Assembly (NCBI GenBank): GCA_050331235.1
Contig: JBHJHA010000005.1
Coordinates: 1-64,000, forward strand
Origin: Leptolyngbyaceae cyanobacterium
GTDB lineage: Bacteria; Cyanobacteriota; Cyanobacteriia; Phormidesmidales; Phormidesmidaceae
DNA: 64,000 nt
Reading direction: 5' to 3'
In this document: positions 52,701-64,000 of the stretch, one piece after another
How positions within the stretch are numbered: position 1 is the first letter of the stretch
Layout of the letters: the number at the start of each line of letters is the position of its first letter
Position numbers and translations under genes: made by a program
The notes under the pieces: model-generated
The model's database searches: none
The model's input: only the letters and a program-made list of their open reading frames with translations
What the model was told of the DNA's origin: nothing

Positions 52701-53507
52701 ATGAAACTGCACGGTAAAACTGCCCTAGTCACCGGGGCTTCGCGCGGCATTGGTCGTGCGATCGCTTTAGAACTGGCCCGTCAGCACTGTCGCTGCCTCA
52801 TTTTGGTTGCCCGCGATGCCGAGCGACTCACTGAAGTTGCGACCGCCATTGAGGCGATCGGTACCCACGCTGTCATTCTCCCGGTTGATCTCACTCAGCC
52901 CGTTGACGTGCATGTCGCGGTTGCAAACGTGTGGCAGCGGTGTGGTCCTATCGATTTACTCGTCAACTGCGCGGGCGTCTCTCATCAGACCCCATTTTTG
53001 CAGTCTCGTCTGCCCCAGGTCGAGGCCGAGCTCTCCACCAACTTGGTGGGGCTGTACACCATTACTCATCTGGTAGCTCGCCGTATGGTCGTCTATCGAC
53101 AGGGACATATCGTTAATGTTTCTAGCTTGATGGGTAAAGTCGCAGCCCCCACCATGGCAACCTATTCCGCCACAAAATTCGCCATTCTCGGCTTTAGCCA
53201 GGCACTCCGAGGCGAACTTGCCCCCCACAATGTCAAAGTGACGTCGCTGTTGCCGTCTTTGACTGACACTGACATGGTGCGACATTTTGACTGGTTTCGC
53301 TGGGTACAGCCCATGACCGCTGAGCAAGTTGCCGGGGCTTTGGTCAGAGGCCTACAGCGAGAGTCCGCTGAGATCGTCGTGGGCTGGCAGGCCCGCTTAG
53401 CGGTCATGGGCAACCGAGTCGCACCGGGCTTAGTCGAACGGGTCGTGCAATGGGCTGCTCCCCCTGCGCCGAGACAACCCGTATTTCGGCTAGAAAAGAC
53501 CTTCTAG
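52701..53507 (+). CDS. Short-chain dehydrogenase/reductase
   Basis: TGASRGIG, NCAG, YSATK catalytic motif; GGAGG RBS. Confidence 0.92.
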   Translation: MKLHGKTALVTGASRGIGRAIALELARQHCRCLILVARDAERLTEVATAIEAIGTHAVILPVDLTQPVDVHVAVANVWQRCGPIDLLVNCAGVSHQTPFLQSRLPQVEAELSTNLVGLYTITHLVARRMVVYRQGHIVNVSSLMGKVAAPTMATYSATKFAILGFSQALRGELAPHNVKVTSLLPSLTDTDMVRHFDWFRWVQPMTAEQVAGALVRGLQRESAEIVVGWQARLAVMGNRVAPGLVERVVQWAAPPAPRQPVFRLEKTF

Positions 53508-53649
53508 CGATAAAAGTCTAGCAAAGGGTCTCAAGGGTGCAAATGAGAATCTCATGGCCGAACCCCAGGACAAGCGGGGCAGTTGTCAGCGAGTCACTTT
53601 AATGGGATAAACTCGCTGACGAGTTGCCTCGCACCTATGGCTGTGCGAT

Positions 53650-56250
53650 CTACGCCTTACCCTTTGCTTCCAAGTCTTCTAGGCGGCTTTTGAGCTCTTG
53701 ATTAGACCTTTTCAGTTCCTCAAAATCTTGCTGAAGCTTGGTGATTGCTTGGTCCTTATCGAGCTTCTCCTGGACCTTTTGCAGGGTTTCTTCTGCGCGG
53801 CGACGAACTCGTCCATCGTCAATGTGATTGGCGATACTCTGTAAGATGGCGATCGCGCCAGCATCTTCCATCAGACCCAACGCAGCGATCGCCGTCATCT
53901 GAGTTGTGAACTGTGGTTCTCGGGAAATGGCATCCAGCCGTTCTAAGATCCGTTCAACGTTGGTCTTCGACTGCCCCGTAGAGACCCGCCCCAACGCCCG
54001 CAACGCTCCTAGCCGCAACATTGCAGAAACATTGGGATCGGTATATTGCAAGATCACTGCCAGAGCCGCCTCCGACGATTTAAATTGACTGATGCCACTC
54101 AATGCGCCGGAGCGCACGACTTCGTTCCAGCCAATGCGTTCCTTAAGGAGGGTTTGTAACACCGCCAAGGTCTCCGTCTCCGGGGGAATGCCGGTAAGTT
54201 TTGATGCGCCAATTTCGCCGAGGGCACTGGCCGCCGCTGCTTCTACGTAGTAGCTGGCATCCCCGGCTTGAGCCACTTGTAAAACAGCTTGATAACTAGT
54301 CGCGGTCTTCACTTGCCCGAGGGCGGTTACCACAGCTCGCCTTACCTTAGGGTGCTCGTCTTGTAGCCCTTTGAGCAAAGCCTCGACGGCCTGATCGAGC
54401 TTGAGGGCGGCTAGCTGCTTGGCGGCCTCCGCCCGAATGCCCCAAAACGGATCGTCCATGAGGGCTCCTGCCAGTGCTTTCACTGCCTCCAGACCGCCTT
54501 TTTGGGCGATCGCTTCGACCGCATAGACCCGAGCAATCGGGTCAGGATCGTAGTGCAACTGAGCCTTGAGTTCCGGCATGGGATATTCCAGCTTGACCGT
54601 TTTGGTATGGTGGTTGCCCACATCAAAGCTGACAAAGTCAGGCTTTTTGGGTAGAGGAAAATACAGGGCTTGTTCCTGTTCATGGATGCGTACTGTGATG
54701 GGCTGTACCCCAGCTTTGCCCTGCTCAACATAGCCAAAACCGATGGGCATCTTGAGATCAAACAAACCGTTTTGACTGCTCTTATCCCCCGCTTTACCCT
54801 GCGTTTGGGTGACGGTTACTTTCGCGAGATTGCTATCTGCATCCCATTTATAGGCCACCTTAAAGTCTGGATGCCCACCGCGATATACGTATTGGTCGAA
54901 GAGAAAGCGGAGATTGCGGCCAGTGGTTTCCTCAATCGTGCGAATCAGATCGAGGGTCTCGACGGTTTTGTGAACAAACTTGTTGACAAAACCATGAATT
55001 GCCTGCCAGAAGAGATCATCCCCCAGTTCAGTGCGGATCATGTGATAGACACAGGCCCCTTTCTCATAAATATGGCGATCGTAGAGCTCAATCGGCTCTC
55101 GGTAGACGTGGGTCACCATGGGGCGACGATAGCGACCCTTATCTTCGGCGAGATAGCTCCGCATTTCGTTCAACCGATAATATGCGGCTTCTTCTGCCCC
55201 GTATTGATCATCCGTCCATAACACTTCTGAGTAGGTCGCCATGCCCTCTTTGACCCAGGCATGGGACCAGTGATTGATCACAAGCAAGTCGCCAAACCAC
55301 TGATGGGCGAGTTCGTGGGCCACTAGCATTTCTGAGTTTGTGTTGTCTAGCGCCGCTCGCTGGTCAAGCAGGCAGCGATCTGTCAGCAGCGTACATGATG
55401 TATTTTCCATGCCGCCAAAGGTGAAGTCTTTAATGCAGACTTGCGCATATTTGGGAAAGGCGTAGCGGTAACCGAAGCGATCGCTAAAAAAGCCAATCAT
55501 GGCTGGGGTCTTGCCCATGGTCCGTTGCGCGTCATCCTTCTGGCCCTTTTGAGCGTAGTAGGTAACAGGAATGCCGTCCCATTCATCGCGAACTTCGTCA
55601 AAGTCACCCACCGCCAGCGTCATCAGATAAGACGGATGCACTTCTTTTTGTACCCAGTGGAAAATTTTGACGTCGCCATCATCAACCGCTTCTACTAACT
55701 CCCCATTGGAGATCGCCTGGTAGGGTCTGGGCACCCGCACCCGAATCTCACTGGTGGCCAACTGCCCAGGATAGTCAAAGCAGGGAAACCAATAGCGAGA
55801 ATCTTCATCTTCGCCTTGGGTCCACACCTGTACAGGTTTATCGGGCTGATGCTCAGTAGGCGTGACAAAGTAGAGTCCCCGTTGGGGGTTTTCGCTGCGA
55901 TAGGTTACAGCTACCTCAATTTGCTTATCCACCTGTGTGGGAACGCTCAGATGGGCAATCAGTCGTTCTCCATCATGGTCAAACTGCTGTGCTAGGTTCC
56001 CTACCATGACGGAGTCAATTTGCAAATTGACCGCGTCTAGGACCAGGCGATCGATCCCATCGCGGACCGGTGTGAGCTGAATCTTACAGGTGCCGGTATA
56101 GCGCTGATGCTCAATGTCTAAATCTAGTTCTAAAGCGATATGATCAACTTGCCCTGGGCGATCCGGTGTGTAATGAGGCCTTGCCCCTGGCAGCTCAAAC
56201 GACTTGTGCTTAGGGGGTTCAGCGGTGTCAAAGCCGGCAAAGTTGAGCAT
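53650..56250 (-). CDS. pepN: M1 aminopeptidase N with C-terminal HEAT repeats and a coiled coil
   Basis: GGMEN, HELAHQW...KEG zinc motif, YEKG. Confidence 0.92.
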   Translation of the reverse strand: MLNFAGFDTAEPPKHKSFELPGARPHYTPDRPGQVDHIALELDLDIEHQRYTGTCKIQLTPVRDGIDRLVLDAVNLQIDSVMVGNLAQQFDHDGERLIAHLSVPTQVDKQIEVAVTYRSENPQRGLYFVTPTEHQPDKPVQVWTQGEDEDSRYWFPCFDYPGQLATSEIRVRVPRPYQAISNGELVEAVDDGDVKIFHWVQKEVHPSYLMTLAVGDFDEVRDEWDGIPVTYYAQKGQKDDAQRTMGKTPAMIGFFSDRFGYRYAFPKYAQVCIKDFTFGGMENTSCTLLTDRCLLDQRAALDNTNSEMLVAHELAHQWFGDLLVINHWSHAWVKEGMATYSEVLWTDDQYGAEEAAYYRLNEMRSYLAEDKGRYRRPMVTHVYREPIELYDRHIYEKGACVYHMIRTELGDDLFWQAIHGFVNKFVHKTVETLDLIRTIEETTGRNLRFLFDQYVYRGGHPDFKVAYKWDADSNLAKVTVTQTQGKAGDKSSQNGLFDLKMPIGFGYVEQGKAGVQPITVRIHEQEQALYFPLPKKPDFVSFDVGNHHTKTVKLEYPMPELKAQLHYDPDPIARVYAVEAIAQKGGLEAVKALAGALMDDPFWGIRAEAAKQLAALKLDQAVEALLKGLQDEHPKVRRAVVTALGQVKTATSYQAVLQVAQAGDASYYVEAAAASALGEIGASKLTGIPPETETLAVLQTLLKERIGWNEVVRSGALSGISQFKSSEAALAVILQYTDPNVSAMLRLGALRALGRVSTGQSKTNVERILERLDAISREPQFTTQMTAIAALGLMEDAGAIAILQSIANHIDDGRVRRRAEETLQKVQEKLDKDQAITKLQQDFEELKRSNQELKSRLEDLEAKGKA

Positions 56251-56769
56251 GATTTCCTCGAAGCCATTCAGTAAAGTGGGCGATCGCCACCGAAGTTATC
56301 TGGAGAGAGGGCGATCGTAACCTGATTAATAGGTTAACGCTTCTAAGGTGAGATGAATGGACACTCTCCCGGTCAACTCCAGGTAGGAATGAGTGTGACC
56401 AACCGAGCGATGCAGTGGCGACATATCGCTGTGGACGAGAGGACTTTGCCGCAGATGGCAGCTTCCTGCATGCGTCGCAACTGTCTGATTCCTTGAGTCG
56501 TAGCTATGTCCAGACAATTCAACGGATCTAAATCCATCTGAATACAGATTGCCCGCCTCACTGATGTCATGCATCCATGAGAACATCTCAAGCTACTCAA
56601 ACCACCATGTCTGATGCGTCGCAGTTATCGGGCCGCGGCAACTATTCTGGGTTGCAATCCGGCTTCGTATCCCATGGCCAGCTAATCCTAGAAGGAGCTG
56701 AATGCCACTATGCCAACCATTATCGGAACCATGATCATCAAGAACCGGAGGTGAGGGATTGCAGACAAT

Positions 56770-56800
56770 AAAAAGCGCCCCCCCGGAGAGAGGCGCTTTT
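56770..56800. terminator. Bidirectional intrinsic terminator downstream of psbA
   Basis: AAAAAGCGCC...GGCGCTTTTT. Confidence 0.85.
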
Positions 56801-56831
56801 TCACTCATTCAATTTAGCTGCGAGCTGCAGA

Positions 56832-57893
56832 CTAACCGATAATTTCGGGTGCTTCAGCAGCCGCCAAGTCGAGAGGGAAGTTGTGAGCATTACGCTCGTG
56901 CATCACTTCCATACCCAAGTTCGCACGGTTGATAATGTCCGCCCAAGTCGCAATGACACGACCCTGGCTATCCAAAACCGACTGGTTGAAGTTGAAACCG
57001 TTCAGGTTGAACGCCATGGTGCTGATGCCCAAAGCGGTGAACCAGATGCCGATGACCGGCCATGCACCCAAGAAGAAGTGCAAGGAACGAGAGTTGTTGA
57101 AGGAAGCGTATTGGAAGATCAAACGACCGAAGTAGCCGTGGGCGGCCACGATGTTGTAAGTCTCTTCTTCCTGACCAAATTTGTAGCCGTAGTTCTGGGA
57201 CTCGGTCTCGGTGGTCTCACTCACATATAAAAAGGTCACCAAGGAACCGTGCATCGCGGAGAACAAGCTGCCGCCGAACACGGCTGCTACACCCAACATG
57301 TGGAAGGGGTGCATCAAGATGTTGTGCTCTGCCTGGAATACCAACATAAAGTTGAACGTGCCAGAGATGCCCAGAGGCATACCGTCAGAGAAGGAGCCCT
57401 GACCCAAGGGGTAGATCAAGAAGACTGCAGTAGCAGACGCCAAAGGTGCAGAGTACGCAACACAGATCCAAGGGCGCATACCTAAACGGTAGGAAAGCTC
57501 CCACTGGCGGCCGAGATAGGCAAAACAGCCGATCAAAAAGTGAAAGATGATGAACTGGTAAGGACCACCGTTGTAGAGCCACTCATCGAGGGAAGCGGCT
57601 TCCCAGATGGGGTAGAAGTGCAGACCAATCGCGTTGGAAGACGGTACAACTGCACCAGAGATGATGTTGTTGCCGTACATCAAGGAGCCGGCAACGGGCT
57701 CACGGATGCCGTCGATGTCTACGGGAGGTGCGGCGATAAAAGCGATGACGAAACAAATGGTGGCGGCTGCCAAGGTCGGGATCATCAGCGTTCCAAACCA
57801 ACCCACATACAGGCGGTTCTCGGTGCTGGTCACCCATTGACAGTAACGTTCCCACAGGCTCGCGCGATCGCGCGATTGCAATGTAGAAGTCAT
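56832..57893 (-). CDS. psbA: Photosystem II D1 protein (Q130 form, 353 aa)
   Basis: [10 protein letters not shown]; Mn ligands D170, E189, H332, E333, D342 and A344 present; [14 protein letters not shown]. Confidence 0.98.
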   Translation of the reverse strand: MTSTLQSRDRASLWERYCQWVTSTENRLYVGWFGTLMIPTLAAATICFVIAFIAAPPVDIDGIREPVAGSLMYGNNIISGAVVPSSNAIGLHFYPIWEAASLDEWLYNGGPYQFIIFHFLIGCFAYLGRQWELSYRLGMRPWICVAYSAPLASATAVFLIYPLGQGSFSDGMPLGISGTFNFMLVFQAEHNILMHPFHMLGVAAVFGGSLFSAMHGSLVTFLYVSETTETESQNYGYKFGQEEETYNIVAAHGYFGRLIFQYASFNNSRSLHFFLGAWPVIGIWFTALGISTMAFNLNGFNFNQSVLDSQGRVIATWADIINRANLGMEVMHERNAHNFPLDLAAAEAPEIIG

Positions 57894-58097
57894 AGTGATG
57901 ATTGCCAGATATATACGACAAGAATGGGATGAAGCGGTCTGTTAATACAGCGCCTCACCTTATTGATTAGCGTAAAGATTCGTATTTGATATTTGGCTCT
58001 GCCGACAGGATTCTTCGTTTTATGACACGTTTCGTAATTCCTGCCGACAAATGAAAATTCGAGGCTTCTAGCCTGAGATTCGCGCGAGTAGAGGCTA

Positions 58098-58454
<357 letters not shown>

Positions 58455-58598
58455 CTATGACGGAGCGTCCTCATCCTATCAGCGTCTTTGGGCCAACACA
58501 CAAACCATTGAGTATCACAAACGCCGAGGTGAATGTTGAGAAGTCCCAACCGAGATCTATACATTTAGCCCCAGCCCTCGTGCCGACTTCAGGTTGTC

Positions 58599-59123
58599 TC
58601 AGCTTTGTCTGAAATCGTCGCTTTCAAGCATCTCCGACGCAAACCACCGCAGGAAATATAGGTTACAGCTGCTGTGCCCAGAATTTCCTAAGGGGGTGGA
58701 GATCGCGCGAAAGCCGGCTTTTTTATATAGCCGAATGGCATCCTTCATCGCATCGAACGTTTCTAAATAGCAACCTTGATAATTCAGCGTTTGTGCAGTG
58801 GTTAAGAGCTGCTGTATCAGCGCTTTGCCCATCCCCTGACCGCGCATTTGGGGGAGCAGATACATTTTTTGCAGCTCACAGATCTGCTCATATTCGCAAG
58901 CAAAGGGAGCGATGCCCCCACCTCCCACCACAGCCCTGTCAACCACTACTACGTAATACACCGCATTCTCAGCAGCATAGGCTCGGTGCAGGTAATCCAG
59001 CTCTGGATCCGCCCAAGCAAAACCGGGGCGATTGGCCCCAAATTCCGCTAAGACTTGTCGAATAATGGACGCCATGGAGAGGCTGTCTTGGGGCTGAATC
59101 TGCCGAATTTCGAAACGCGTCAT
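58599..59123 (-). CDS. GNAT-family N-acetyltransferase
   Basis: CELQKMY, RGQGMG acetyl-CoA motif, YLET, LYKKAGF. Confidence 0.9.
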   Translation of the reverse strand: MTRFEIRQIQPQDSLSMASIIRQVLAEFGANRPGFAWADPELDYLHRAYAAENAVYYVVVVDRAVVGGGGIAPFACEYEQICELQKMYLLPQMRGQGMGKALIQQLLTTAQTLNYQGCYLETFDAMKDAIRLYKKAGFRAISTPLGNSGHSSCNLYFLRWFASEMLESDDFRQS

Positions 59124-59131
59124 GGCTATAG

Positions 59132-59434
59132 TTACAATCGGCGGGAATCAGAATATCGGCGATCACGCCGAGTAAATAGTTTGAGAAAAGGCAGACGATT
59201 TTGGACCCGCTTCGGCTGGAGCTTTTCACCAATTTTGTTGAGCGGGCTGGGTGCTGAGTCAGTTTCCGGAGGCACCCCCCCTGGCGTTTGCCACCAGGCG
59301 GCGACTGTACCTCCTGCAAACCCGGCGATCGCCCCAAACAAAATACTTGGAGCGATTTCATACCCTAGTAAAATAAAGGCCAACAAGAAGCCAAGCCATA
59401 GCTTCAGGGCGACAGGAAAAATTTTGTCAGTCAC
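59132..59434 (-). CDS. Small membrane hypothetical protein
   Basis: Two hydrophobic segments and a basic tail; co-oriented with its neighbours. Confidence 0.65.
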   Translation of the reverse strand: MTDKIFPVALKLWLGFLLAFILLGYEIAPSILFGAIAGFAGGTVAAWWQTPGGVPPETDSAPSPLNKIGEKLQPKRVQNRLPFLKLFTRRDRRYSDSRRL

Positions 59435-59501
59435 GGTTCACCTACTGATCCACCGCCTTGCTTTGGAAAACACTTGACTCGGGAACAACCGGTCATGTTA
59501 T

Positions 59502-61040
59502 CTATGGCTCTAATATAGACTGCAACTGAGAAGACAGGGCTTGGGGCGTGTCGATAGTCTTGACAAGGGCAGCTTCAGTTTCTGTGAATGGCTCAAACTG
59601 CTGCGTTGATAATACCGCCACCGTCGCATCGGCAATATCTCCCTGTCGTGCTCTTACCCGCTCCGCTAATACTGGATAAGGCGCTTGACAGTGAACGAAT
59701 GTCAGCGGCAACTGATGAGCTTGCGCTTGCCCAATGGCGAGTTGACGAGTTTCAGCCCGGTCAAACTTGGCGTCCAAAATAATGGTATAGCCCTGTTTGG
59801 CCAGCATGCCTCCTAAAGCCGTCAGTCGCTGGTAGGTTTTTTGAGTCATCTCGGGCGTATAGAGACTGTCATCGCCACGCGCCTCCACCGGCACGCCCCC
59901 CAGATGCTTCCTCACGGCATCAGAGCGAATGTAGATGGCCCCTAGCTGGCGGCTGATCGCCTGTGCCAGGGTACTTTTGCCCGAACCTGATAGACCTGAC
60001 ATGACAAATAACTGGCCTGTCTGAGGCTGTGTGTATGACCATGCTAGGGTGTAGTATTTGGCCGCTTTGGCTGCTGCTGCTTGCTTGACTAGCTCCTCAA
60101 TGGAAGGATCGCCTAGCAAAAAAGACGTCACCTTAGCCCGCACATATGACTGACGGCTGACATACAGTGGTAAAACCTGCAGGCCTTCCCAATCGCCGGT
60201 GCATTCAACGTAATGGCTCAAAAAGCTGGCGGCTAGATCCGTGCGCCCTTCTACCGTCAAATCCATAATGATGTAAGCGATGTCAAACATGACATCGACA
60301 AAGCGAAAAGGCTCATTGAATTCGATACAGTCGAACAGTAGCAGCTGGTCTTCCCAATAGCAGATGTTGTTGAGATGGAGATCGCCATGGCAGGCACGGA
60401 TTTTGTCCTGGGCGATGCGCTGATCAAGCAAGTCGCGGCGGGTCGCAAAAAAGCCATCAGTGTAAGCTTTGGTCTCATCAAACTGCTGCTGAGTCTGAGG
60501 ACCACCGATAAAGCCGGCGGTTTGCTCATAGTTTTCGTCAATAGACTGGCGAACATTCTCGACCGTCCCAAAAGCCCGGATATAGTTGTTGGTTTCAGCC
60601 TTAAGGTGGAAGGCAGCGATCGCCTCGGCCAGTTCGCGCAATAACTCTTCGGTCAGCTCTCCCCGCTCAAAATGTTGGCTCAAGAGCGTACTTTGAGGAA
60701 ACTGGCGCATCTTGACAACATATTCCACGACATTAGCGTCGTCACCAAGAACAAAGCGATCGCCCCGCTCAGAGACGGGCAATGTCCCCAGGTAAACCGG
60801 GGCAGCAGCCCGCTGATTGAGACGTATTTCTTCTTCGCAAAATCGCTGCCGCTTCTCCAGGGTGGAATAATCTAAAAAGCCAAAATTCACGGGTTTTTTG
60901 AGCTTATAGGCAAACTCTCCCGTCAATAGCACATATGACACATGGGTCTGCATCAGGGTGATGGGGGTCTGCACCGGATGGGGATAAAAATCTGGTTCGA
61001 GCATCTGCTGGATGAGGGGAGGAAGGGATGCGTTAGCCAT
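59502..61040 (-). CDS. Aminoglycoside-phosphotransferase-like plus P-loop (AAA_33) kinase fusion
   Basis: QTHVSYV, CHGDLHLNN, FDCIEFN, GLSGSGKST, RSDAVRK. Confidence 0.88.
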   Translation of the reverse strand: MANASLPPLIQQMLEPDFYPHPVQTPITLMQTHVSYVLLTGEFAYKLKKPVNFGFLDYSTLEKRQRFCEEEIRLNQRAAAPVYLGTLPVSERGDRFVLGDDANVVEYVVKMRQFPQSTLLSQHFERGELTEELLRELAEAIAAFHLKAETNNYIRAFGTVENVRQSIDENYEQTAGFIGGPQTQQQFDETKAYTDGFFATRRDLLDQRIAQDKIRACHGDLHLNNICYWEDQLLLFDCIEFNEPFRFVDVMFDIAYIIMDLTVEGRTDLAASFLSHYVECTGDWEGLQVLPLYVSRQSYVRAKVTSFLLGDPSIEELVKQAAAAKAAKYYTLAWSYTQPQTGQLFVMSGLSGSGKSTLAQAISRQLGAIYIRSDAVRKHLGGVPVEARGDDSLYTPEMTQKTYQRLTALGGMLAKQGYTIILDAKFDRAETRQLAIGQAQAHQLPLTFVHCQAPYPVLAERVRARQGDIADATVAVLSTQQFEPFTETEAALVKTIDTPQALSSQLQSILEP

Positions 61041-61062
61041 AAACACCGTGATTTTGAACAAT

Positions 61063-61089
61063 AAAAAACCAGGGATGTTGATCCCTGGT
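61063..61089 (-). terminator. Intrinsic terminator after rplY
   Basis: Minus strand ACCAGGGAT-CAAC-ATCCCTGGT-TTTTT. Confidence 0.8.
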
Positions 61090-61108
61090 CAAGCAAAATT
61101 TGCCTTAC

Positions 61109-61744
61109 TTAATTAGCCCCAGCGTCGGTAACCGTTTCCAGGGGCGAGGCCACTGGAGCTGATGCCTCTTCCTCAGCTGTCGGCATGGTGCGAGGTGCCG
61201 CAACCATGACTAACGTCTTGTCGGTGTCGGTGATCACCTCTACACCGTTTGGCAACTGCAGGTCGCTAATGTGCAAATTTTCACCTACCGCCAAATGGGA
61301 GACGTCAATATCGACAGATTCAGGAATTGCTTCGGGAGCACAACGGATGGCTAGCTCACTAACAATAATGTCGAGAGTACCGCCTTCATCGATGACCCCT
61401 TTAGCTTCGCCAACGTAGTTGACGGCAACTTCAACATCCACACTGGCCTGACTTGCGATGGAAAAGAAACTCAAATGGTAAAGCTGTTCCTTCCAAGGAT
61501 GAGCTTGAACTTCCCGCAAAAGTGCCTGCCCGCTCCAGGACAGGTCAGGGACCTTGACATTGATCAACGTATTGTTAATCGATGCACTCCGTACCAATCG
61601 CTCCGCTGCTCGCTGGGGCACGGTCAAGGAAACCGAGGCATCACCATCATGTCCGTATAAGACTGCAGGAATCAGCCCCTCACGGCGCAGAGCTCTGGGA
61701 TTTGCGCTATCGTCGCGCTTTTGACATTCAATCGACAGTTCCAT
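61109..61744 (-). CDS. rplY: 50S ribosomal protein L25/general stress protein Ctc
   Basis: LRREGLIPAVLYG, LLREVQAHP, IPESVDIDVSHL. Confidence 0.94.
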   Translation of the reverse strand: MELSIECQKRDDSANPRALRREGLIPAVLYGHDGDASVSLTVPQRAAERLVRSASINNTLINVKVPDLSWSGQALLREVQAHPWKEQLYHLSFFSIASQASVDVEVAVNYVGEAKGVIDEGGTLDIIVSELAIRCAPEAIPESVDIDVSHLAVGENLHISDLQLPNGVEVITDTDKTLVMVAAPRTMPTAEEEASAPVASPLETVTDAGAN

Positions 61745-61794
61745 AGGACTTAATTAACAACTCAAAGTAACTTAGGCAGCAAACAAACGAACAA

Positions 61795-63132
61795 TCAAGC
61801 GACCTGCGATGCGCTCCCATTTTCATAGAGCAGCGCTCGCTTAGGACCGTGAATCGGATCTTCCACGATAATGGTCTGGTCGCGGCTAGCACCCAGCGAT
61901 ACGATCGCGATGGGTACTTCCATCAACTCAGCCAAAAACTTGAGGTAATCCAGAGCTTGTGACGGCAAGTCTTCCAAAGATCGACAGTTCTCAGTCGAAG
62001 TTTTCCAACCCGGTAGAGTAGTGTATATCGGTTCGCACTGAGCAAACAACCGTCCACTACTGGGAAGATCTTGATGCACTTGGTCGCCGACTCGATAGGC
62101 AGTGCAAACTTGAATTTCGTCTAGGGCATCCAAGACATCTAGTTTGGTGATGGCTAAGCAGTCAATGCCGTTAATCCGGACCGCATAGCGGCCAATCACT
62201 CCATCAAACCAGCCACAGCGGCGGCGACGACCGGTAGTCGTGCCAAACTCTGATCCCAGCTCACAGAGCTTGTCTCCTAGACCGCCTACTAGCTCCGTGG
62301 GAAAAGGTCCTTCCCCTACTCGAGTTGTGTAGGCCTTAGCAACGCCAATTACCCGATCAATCATGGTCGGCCCAACCCCAGAACCAATGCAGGCACCACC
62401 AGCTACCGGATTAGATGAGGTGACGTAGGGATAAGTCCCATGGTCTAAATCCAATAATGTGCCCTGGGCGCCCTCAAATAAAATGTTTTTACGTTGGCGA
62501 ATAGCGTTGTCAATTAGCAGGGAACTGTCAACCACGTGAGGGCGCAAGCGATCGGCGTATCCGCGATACTCATCGAGCACTACTTTGGGATCGAGGGGCT
62601 CTAGCCCATACAGCTTCTCCAGCACGACATTTTTATACTGAATGGTCCATTCAAGCTGCTCTTCTAAACCATCCATTTCAATCAGGTCGACCATGCGGAT
62701 GCCTATGCGCTCAGATTTGTCTGCGTAGGTCGGGCCGATACCGCGACGGGTAGTCCCAATCTTCTTTTTGCCGCGACGTTCTTCCGAAGCCTGATCGAGT
62801 AACCGATGGTAGGGCATTGTGACGTGGGCTGCTTCCGAGATAAAAAGCTTTTCGGTTGAGATGCCTAGGCCCTCGAGCATGTCCAGCTCTTTGATAATTG
62901 CGCGGGGATCTATCACCGTCCCGCTGCCAATCACACATTCTGTATCGGGAGACAAAATACCAGAAGGAATCAGGTGCAGCTTAAAAACTTGATCCTGTAC
63001 CACTACGGTGTGACCTGCATTGACGCCGCCCTGGTAGCGCACGACGACATGAGCCGATCGACTCAAGAGGTCAGTTATTTTGCCTTTTCCCTCGTCGCCC
63101 CACTGGGCACCAATTACTACGACGTTAGCCAA
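61795..63132 (-). CDS. purA: Adenylosuccinate synthetase
   Basis: [38 protein letters not shown]. Confidence 0.98.
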   Translation of the reverse strand: MANVVVIGAQWGDEGKGKITDLLSRSAHVVVRYQGGVNAGHTVVVQDQVFKLHLIPSGILSPDTECVIGSGTVIDPRAIIKELDMLEGLGISTEKLFISEAAHVTMPYHRLLDQASEERRGKKKIGTTRRGIGPTYADKSERIGIRMVDLIEMDGLEEQLEWTIQYKNVVLEKLYGLEPLDPKVVLDEYRGYADRLRPHVVDSSLLIDNAIRQRKNILFEGAQGTLLDLDHGTYPYVTSSNPVAGGACIGSGVGPTMIDRVIGVAKAYTTRVGEGPFPTELVGGLGDKLCELGSEFGTTTGRRRRCGWFDGVIGRYAVRINGIDCLAITKLDVLDALDEIQVCTAYRVGDQVHQDLPSSGRLFAQCEPIYTTLPGWKTSTENCRSLEDLPSQALDYLKFLAELMEVPIAIVSLGASRDQTIIVEDPIHGPKRALLYENGSASQVA

Positions 63133-63441
63133 TGTCTTAAGGTCTTCCGTTCACACAAATGACCATTATCCTCAGGTTTTTGCACCTCTGTCAAGGTGTT
63201 CAATCAGAAAAAGGACGACTATTATTCAGTCCGGCAGGATACATATCGATTCACTAAGACGTCTAGGACCTGATGCTAGGGGATTGAGGATGAACGCAGG
63301 TGGAAAACGCAAAGATTTCTAAGTTAACTCCTCACTATAAAGCTAATTAGGTGAATTCGCGGTAAAACAGTAGGTAGTCGACGAATTCGTTCACAATTCT
63401 TAGCGTTTGATGGCTGTTACTGCATTCAGAGGGAGTCTGCG

Positions 63442-64000
63442 ATGAGTCTTTATGCCGAGCTTCACCGCCACCTGGGGGGGTCTGTGGTGCCCAGGGTGCT
63501 CTGGCGGTACTTCCAGCGCAATCGTCCTGACGTTAGCGATCGCTTTGATGACTATCCAGCCTTTGAGGAGTTTTACACGCGTCCCCGCAATACGCTGGCA
63601 GAATACCTGGAGCTCCACACTTTAGTGGAGAGCGTGCAGACTCAAGAGGCTCTTCCTTATTTTGTGTATCGCCTGATTCGGGGGGCTTACATTTTTGAGA
63701 ACTTGGCTTATTTAGAGCTCCGCTACACCCCTTATCTCCGCACTCCGGAGCATCTATCCCAAAACGAACGCATCGATAAGATGACCGAGATCGTTCAAGT
63801 GGTGGGTCAGGCCAGTCAGCAAACGGAATATCCCGTGGTGACTAAGCAAATCCTCTGTATGCATTCGCGGTTGCCCTATGAGGTTAATCAGGCGATTGTT
63901 CAGTTGGCCATCCAATATCCAGAGTTTGTCTGTGCGATCGACTTGGCCGGTGGTGATGCGAAGTATGGCGATCGCTTAGACGAATATATTGCTCTCTACT
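63442..64000 (+). CDS. Adenosine deaminase family protein, N-terminal part; runs off the window and is absent from the ORF track
   Basis: My translation: MSLYAELHRHLGGSVVPRVLWRYF...YLELRYTP...AIDLAGGD; GAGGGAG RBS. Confidence 0.88.
   Translation, partial: MSLYAELHRHLGGSVVPRVLWRYFQRNRPDVSDRFDDYPAFEEFYTRPRNTLAEYLELHTLVESVQTQEALPYFVYRLIRGAYIFENLAYLELRYTPYLRTPEHLSQNERIDKMTEIVQVVGQASQQTEYPVVTKQILCMHSRLPYEVNQAIVQLAIQYPEFVCAIDLAGGDAKYGDRLDEYIALY

Noticed and set aside
56326..56771. Small ORFs and a repeated ATGCGTCGCA between pepN and psbA
   Set aside because: No motif or convincing RBS; two 10-mers are not enough to call an element.

Overview
A 64-kb chromosomal window from a cyanobacterium. Evidence: psbA, isiB and crtR are present, and HIP1 octamers (GCGATCGC) occur throughout. 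The D1 C-terminus with a 9-aa extension suggests the Prochlorothrix/Nodosilinea-like filamentous lineage (inference). Most of the window is core metabolism: gltB/gltD, amiC, upp, dps, a group 2 sigma factor, tsaB, cobM, aroF, isiB, gcvP, sppA, aroH, crtR, pyk, ppsA, pepN, psbA, rplY, purA and a partial adenosine deaminase. The main accessory or unusual items are: (1) an AT-rich cassette between gltB and gltD encoding an EVE-like/TPR/HNH nuclease and a small membrane protein; (2) a perfect 36-bp GTAG-type palindrome translated in frame inside gltB, with a second copy after the stop; (3) a bacterial URC1-URC4-upp operon; (4) a HEPN two-gene module; (5) an envelope cluster with a fasciclin ending in PVRGLW next to two L,D-transpeptidases; (6) an isiB operon with Fur-like boxes and no isiA; (7) an IS5-like transposase remnant. 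Several substitutions at conserved positions (psbA, gcvP, a nonsense codon in the fasciclin) suggest local sequencing errors. No rRNA, tRNA or CRISPR array was recognised. All calls come from reading motifs by eye; no database search was run.
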